64,000 nt of DNA from Longimicrobiales bacterium. GTDB taxonomy: Bacteria > Gemmatimonadota > Gemmatimonadetes > Longimicrobiales > Gaopeijiaceae. The DNA is taken from positions 320,001-384,000 of the forward strand of contig JAWLHJ010000003.1 in assembly GCA_041690395.1 (NCBI GenBank). Direction: 5' to 3'. Positions 59,622 through 64,000 of this stretch are shown in pieces; the stretch's first letter is position 1; each line of letters opens with the position of its first letter. The notes beneath the pieces were generated by a model. It was not told the DNA's origin, did no database searches, and saw nothing but the letters and a program-made list of their open reading frames with translations. Both the position numbers and the translations under genes were made by a program.

Positions 59622-60326
59622 GTGGAACTACATCTGGATCACCTGAAGCGCTATGGCGTGCGGGCGTGGTTCCTTAGAGGCGCCTGCGGCGTGGCCCATC
59701 GTGCAGTCGGGTTCAAAGCGCTTCGAGGCATGACGCTCGAGCCGGACGACATGGACCCGACCTACCTCGGCGACGCCCCGCCCTTCACGCACAGGGTATG
59801 CGGTGCCGCGGACTTCTCGAGGTTGGACGACGCTCCCAAGCTGGCGTCGGACGAGTTCTACGAGGGCGCGATCGGACGGGGTGACCGTTGCCACTACATG
59901 GCGGACGGGGACCGAGTGGCGAGCTACGGCTGGTACGCCACGGCTCCGGTGCCGGCCTTCGAGGACACGTGGATCCACTTCTCGCCCGAGTACGTCTACA
60001 TGTACAAGGGGTTCACGTCTCCCGAGTACAGAGGGAAGCAGTTACACGCATACGGGATGGCGCACGCGGCGGCGGAAGCACGGACCCTTGGATACCGGGG
60101 TCTCATCAGCTATGTGGAAGTGCAGAACGAGGGGTCGCTGCGCTCTGTCGCGCGGCTGGGCTACCGGTCGTTCGGTACCTGCATCTGCCTGCGCGCCTTC
60201 GGGCGAACGCTGACTTTCAGCTCGCCGGGATGCCGTCCCTACGGCTTCGAGCTTTCGGTATCGCCGGAGCAGACCGCCAGGGCGAGGACAGTACCCTCAG
60301 CGGCCTCGGCTCATCTCGCCGAGTAG
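59622..60326 (+). CDS. GNAT family acetyltransferase (polysaccharide-locus associated)
   Basis: GGAGGAGG RBS; FTSPEYRGKQL acetyl-CoA motif; NEGSLRSVARLGY. Confidence 0.82.
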   Translation: MELHLDHLKRYGVRAWFLRGACGVAHRAVGFKALRGMTLEPDDMDPTYLGDAPPFTHRVCGAADFSRLDDAPKLASDEFYEGAIGRGDRCHYMADGDRVASYGWYATAPVPAFEDTWIHFSPEYVYMYKGFTSPEYRGKQLHAYGMAHAAAEARTLGYRGLISYVEVQNEGSLRSVARLGYRSFGTCICLRAFGRTLTFSSPGCRPYGFELSVSPEQTARARTVPSAASAHLAE

Positions 60327-61619
60327 CTTGCGCGCACCCTGGAGGATGTCGAACTCGGCCTCCACCTTCGCTCGCCCCGCGCGGCCGAAGGCCCGCCGCA
60401 ACTCGGGTTCCCCCACGAATCGCTCCAAGCGGTCGGCGAGTGCCTCCGGATCTCCGGACGGCACGAGATAGCCCGTACCCCCGTCGTCCACCAGCTCGGG
60501 GATACCGCTGAGCGCGCTCGCCACGACGGGTAGCTCGCTCATCATCGCCTCCATCAAAGCCACCGGAATCCCTTCGCGTCTTCCTGACCGCGTGGGGTGG
60601 CTGGCGAGCACGAACACGTCCGCGTCGGCCAGGAGGCGCCCGACGACCGGTCGTGGGACGGCCCCATGAAGGGTCACCCGCCCGCTGAGACCGAGCTCCT
60701 CGACGAGCCCCTCGACGTCGGACCGGAGGGCTCCGTCCCCGACGAGATCGAGATGGACGTCGACGCCCCGCCCGGCGAGTAGGTGGCAGGCGCGGACGAG
60801 GAAGCGATGCCCTTTGACCTCCTCGAGCGAAGCCACGCAGACGACGCGTAGCCTGCGGTCCCCGTCCCCGGTGCTACCGTCCCCCTTCCCCGCGGGCGCG
60901 CTGCCCCCCCGCCGCGCGAAGGCCGACGAGTCCGTTCCGCAGTGGATGACCACGACCCTGTGGCCCCGGTGCTCTCCACACTCCCTCGCGATCAGCTCTG
61001 CGTTATAGGCGGACACTGCGACGACGAACGACGCCGACGCCACCTTCGAGGGGAGCATGGTGCGATCGACGTGCAGGTCGGAGCCGTGCGCGGTGAAGCT
61101 GTAGGGAATGTCGCTCAGCCGGTTCACGATGAGCGCGGCCAACGCCGGGTGACTCGCGAAGTGCGCGTGGACGTGCTCCACGCCCAGCGCCTCCATGCGC
61201 TCGGCGAAAGCCACGCACTTGGGGAAGTAGACCACCGCACCGGCGCAGAACTTCGGGCTTCCGAGCGTGCCGGACACCATCTCCCACCACGTGCGGAAGT
61301 ACCGAGACGGAGCTCCGAACATTCGCTTCGCGTTCGCCCGCACGATCTCCCACGACAGGAAGGGCGTGAAGTGGGCCCTCTCCTCGTAGGCGGCGGCCTC
61401 GGCATGGCGTGGCCCGGGCGGCTCGTGGAGCAGCGGAAACACCTCGACCCGGGCACCCAGCTCCTCGAGCGCCTTCATCTCGTAGAGGACGAACGTTTCC
61501 GTGATCTTCGGGAAGCGGGACATGATATACGCCACCCGTAGCCCCTGCGAGGCCGGAGCGGTGGCCCTATCGGTCGCGGCGGACGTGGCGGACGTGGCGG
61601 ACGTGTCGCGCAGGGTCAC
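60297..61619 (-). CDS. GT4 glycosyltransferase (WcaL-like)
   Basis: FPKITETFVLYE, HVHAHFA, FTAHGSD, EVKG, EGIPVALMEAM (EX7E). Confidence 0.92.
   Translation of the reverse strand: MTLRDTSATSATSAATDRATAPASQGLRVAYIMSRFPKITETFVLYEMKALEELGARVEVFPLLHEPPGPRHAEAAAYEERAHFTPFLSWEIVRANAKRMFGAPSRYFRTWWEMVSGTLGSPKFCAGAVVYFPKCVAFAERMEALGVEHVHAHFASHPALAALIVNRLSDIPYSFTAHGSDLHVDRTMLPSKVASASFVVAVSAYNAELIARECGEHRGHRVVVIHCGTDSSAFARRGGSAPAGKGDGSTGDGDRRLRVVCVASLEEVKGHRFLVRACHLLAGRGVDVHLDLVGDGALRSDVEGLVEELGLSGRVTLHGAVPRPVVGRLLADADVFVLASHPTRSGRREGIPVALMEAMMSELPVVASALSGIPELVDDGGTGYLVPSGDPEALADRLERFVGEPELRRAFGRAGRAKVEAEFDILQGARKLLGEMSRGR
61578..61604. repeat. In-frame 9-bp tandem repeat (GGCGGACGT x3)
   Basis: Encodes TSA repeats at the GT4 N-terminus. 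Confidence 0.6.
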
Positions 61620-62593
61620 GAAAGAGACTCACGTTCGCTGCGGTGCCGCCATCGATCGATCTCGGCGAACCATGGCAACATCCGCAACGCGAAAATCGGG
61701 ACGGAGGTGCGGCGCGTGATGTTCGTGCGGCGAAGCTGGAATGGATCCGTCTCGCCGAGCTCGTTCAGTCCGTCTTCGCAGGTGAACCCGAGGGTGCAGC
61801 CTTCCTCGCGTGCGATACGACTCACCGTCGCGTCGTAGACGCCATAGGGATAGGCGATGGGCCGAGCGCCGGCTCCGAGTTCCCGCTCGAGGTCCTCCAG
61901 AGATCCGCGGATCTCGCTACGGACACGGATCTCGTCGAGCTTCGTAAGCGCTGCGTGATGGCGCGTGTGTGCCCCGAAGCTGACACCATCCCGCGAAAGC
62001 GCCCTCAATTCGTCCCATGAAAGCACGGGCGACACCTGACGGGAGGGTTCGCGATCGTCGAGGCCGACCTCCCGGCAGGTGCTGTCGACGAAGCGCTCCG
62101 CTTCATCATGGCCCAGGCGCCGCATCAGGGCACGTACCTGGTGGTGATCTTCGATCGGGGGCAGCGTCACGGAATCGATGGACCCTCTCGCGGCCTCCAG
62201 GGCACGGCCCCAGGTCTCATCCTTGGTGCCACGAACCGTCGCCCGGTGAAGGCGATCCCACCAGAGCGCCCGATCTGGATGGTCCGGGTAGGCCGTCGGC
62301 ACGAAGACGGTCACGGGAATCCCGAGCTCGCGCAGGATCGGCCACGCATACTCCGCGAAGTCCCGGTACGCGTCGTCGACCGTCACGTGGACCGCGCTCG
62401 CGGGCAGGGGTCGCCCCCCCTCCGAGCACGCCTCGACGATCTGCTCGAGGGTTACCGGACGATATCGCCTCCGAAGATGCTCCATCTGCCTTCGGAACGT
62501 CTCGGGCGTCGCACTCACGAGGAGGGGGTCCAGATCCGGGGTCTCGTCCGGCTCCGCGATCCGATGGTAGGTCAGGACTCTCAATAGACTCAT
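61616..62593 (-). CDS. Polysaccharide deacetylase (NodB/CE4)
   Basis: VLTYHR, VTVDDAY, FGAHTRHH, IAYPYG. Confidence 0.92.
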   Translation of the reverse strand: MSLLRVLTYHRIAEPDETPDLDPLLVSATPETFRRQMEHLRRRYRPVTLEQIVEACSEGGRPLPASAVHVTVDDAYRDFAEYAWPILRELGIPVTVFVPTAYPDHPDRALWWDRLHRATVRGTKDETWGRALEAARGSIDSVTLPPIEDHHQVRALMRRLGHDEAERFVDSTCREVGLDDREPSRQVSPVLSWDELRALSRDGVSFGAHTRHHAALTKLDEIRVRSEIRGSLEDLERELGAGARPIAYPYGVYDATVSRIAREEGCTLGFTCEDGLNELGETDPFQLRRTNITRRTSVPIFALRMLPWFAEIDRWRHRSERESLS

Positions 62594-63984
62594 GTCGGTG
62601 CGACCTCCATGTAGTAGGGATCCGCTTCTGCCCCGTACTCCCACACCCAGTCCCTGAGGGTGCCGACCGCCGCCGCCGCCAATGCCACCATGACCCAGTA
62701 GTACCGCTCGTAGGCGAGATGCAGGAAGACTCCCGTGCCCAGATAGGCGAGGAGGACCAACGTGAATCCGGTGGCCAGCCGAGCTAGGTCCGGTCGTGTC
62801 GCGACGAGGGTCAAGCGCAGCCTCCGCAGGTCGAGGAGAAGGAAGAACGGGATCGCCAGGAAGATCAGCAGGCCCACGGTGCCGGTTTCCGCCGCCATCT
62901 CGAGGTAGAGATTGTGCGCTCGGCGTGGCTCGGCGATCTGGCGAAAGCTGAGCTCCGGCAATTCCTGGTATCGGACGGCGTGAAAAGCGATGTACTGCCC
63001 CGGCCCCACCCCCAGCACCGGGTGGTCGGTGTACGCCGCGAGGGCGGAGAGCATGGCCGTCGTGCGTCCCCTCGTCGGTCCGTCGGCCTCGACCTGAGTG
63101 GATCCGAAGAGACCCGCTACGCCTGCCACGCTTTTCGCACGGTCTGCCATCCCCGGCACAGCGGTGAGTGTCACGACGACACCCACGGCCAGCACGCCGA
63201 CCAGTCGACCGGGCCGAATGAGTCGTAGTGGGACCGCGATGACCAGCAGCGCGAACAGCGCGACGAGCGCACCCCGCGAGTAGGTGAGAAGAACACCGCC
63301 GAGCAGCAGCCCGACACAGAGCCAGCCGAGGAGGGCCCCGGCCCGCCGGCCGGCGTTGAGGGCGACCATCACGGAGAGTGCGCCTGCCATCATCAGGACC
63401 TGTGCGAACCGATTCGGTTCGTCCACGGGTCCCCGGGCACGGTGCTCGAGACCGATCTCCTCCCCCGCCGACACCTGACTCGCGGAGGCGCCGAGTCCCT
63501 CGAGGTGCTCGAGGCTCCTCGGCGCGAGACCCATGAACTCCTGGTCGTAGTTCCCCGTCACGGCCTGGAAGACGGTGAGCGCCGCGAGCAGAGTCGCGGC
63601 AGCCACGGTCGCGACGATGGCGACGCGGAGGTCGGGCAAGCCACGAACCGCCTGGCGCACCAGGAACACGATCAGCAGCCCCTCGCTGACGAAGACCAGA
63701 ATGCGCTCGAACGCGACGTCGTACCCCTGGGCGGGCAAGGCCGAGAGAAGAAGAACGGCCAGAAACGACGACATCAGGAGTAGGGTCCGATCGATGACGA
63801 TCGGGCGCCGTCGGATGACGAGCTGATGGACGGCAGCGAGTGCGAGTAGTGCGGGCACGAGCACCACGGACGCGGAGGGTACGATACCCCGCTGCGCCGC
63901 AACGACGGGCCAGTTCGTATAGAGGAGGAACAACCCGAGGGCCATGGCCGGCGCCGAGAAGGTGACTCCGCGCATTCGCCTCAC
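62590..63984 (-). CDS. O-antigen ligase / Wzy-like polymerase
   Basis: Polytopic membrane protein; EPNRFA, TYSRGA, HPVLGVGPG, AHNLYLEMAAETG. Start GTG 63984 or ATG 63975. Confidence 0.9.
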   Translation of the reverse strand: MRRMRGVTFSAPAMALGLFLLYTNWPVVAAQRGIVPSASVVLVPALLALAAVHQLVIRRRPIVIDRTLLLMSSFLAVLLLSALPAQGYDVAFERILVFVSEGLLIVFLVRQAVRGLPDLRVAIVATVAAATLLAALTVFQAVTGNYDQEFMGLAPRSLEHLEGLGASASQVSAGEEIGLEHRARGPVDEPNRFAQVLMMAGALSVMVALNAGRRAGALLGWLCVGLLLGGVLLTYSRGALVALFALLVIAVPLRLIRPGRLVGVLAVGVVVTLTAVPGMADRAKSVAGVAGLFGSTQVEADGPTRGRTTAMLSALAAYTDHPVLGVGPGQYIAFHAVRYQELPELSFRQIAEPRRAHNLYLEMAAETGTVGLLIFLAIPFFLLLDLRRLRLTLVATRPDLARLATGFTLVLLAYLGTGVFLHLAYERYYWVMVALAAAAVGTLRDWVWEYGAEADPYYMEVAPT

Positions 63985-64000
63985 CCTCCCAGAGCGGAAG

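Noticed and set aside
61578..61604. Phase-variable repeat in GT4
   Set aside because: The 9-bp unit is in frame, so slippage would not switch the gene on or off.

Overview
High-GC bacterial chromosomal window. The gene complement (VRDSAG-type beta-propeller lipoprotein, LVIVD/Ig plus YncE pair, many secreted hydrolases) suggests Gemmatimonadota, but this is inference only. About 55 genes are supported. 1-32.6 kb: envelope, transport and hydrolase genes (D-threonine aldolase-like enzyme, TlpA, BNR lipoprotein, zincin-PD40-Omp85 protein, mlaEFD, MacAB/LolDE-type ABC, osmC, lspA, phoX, an amide/solute symporter operon). 32.6-34.1 kb: a small accessory patch with an orphan methyltransferase and a dead VapB antitoxin. 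34-50 kb: mdh, ZIP, MgtC, YtoQ, an MrpA-less Mrp operon and ppsA. 50-54 kb: a PAS kinase and an S9 peptidase. 54-64 kb: part of a Wzx/Wzy-type polysaccharide locus with an IS3 scar. The most notable feature, absent from the ORF track, is a complete GEMM-I cyclic-dinucleotide riboswitch (minus strand, about 59096-59200). It has A rather than G at the ligand-discriminating position 20, the signature of 3',3'-cGAMP-sensing GEMM-Ib RNAs. It lies between a sigma-54-type promoter and an FN3/lyase-like lipoprotein gene inside the polysaccharide locus. Other observations: about 8 sigma-54 -24/-12 motifs, a cyclophilin lacking its catalytic residues, a GNAT-nitrilase with Ser at the Cys nucleophile position, and a dense hairpin chain between convergent genes. 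No rRNA, tRNA or CRISPR was seen. Family calls rest on motif recognition by eye; no database searches were run.
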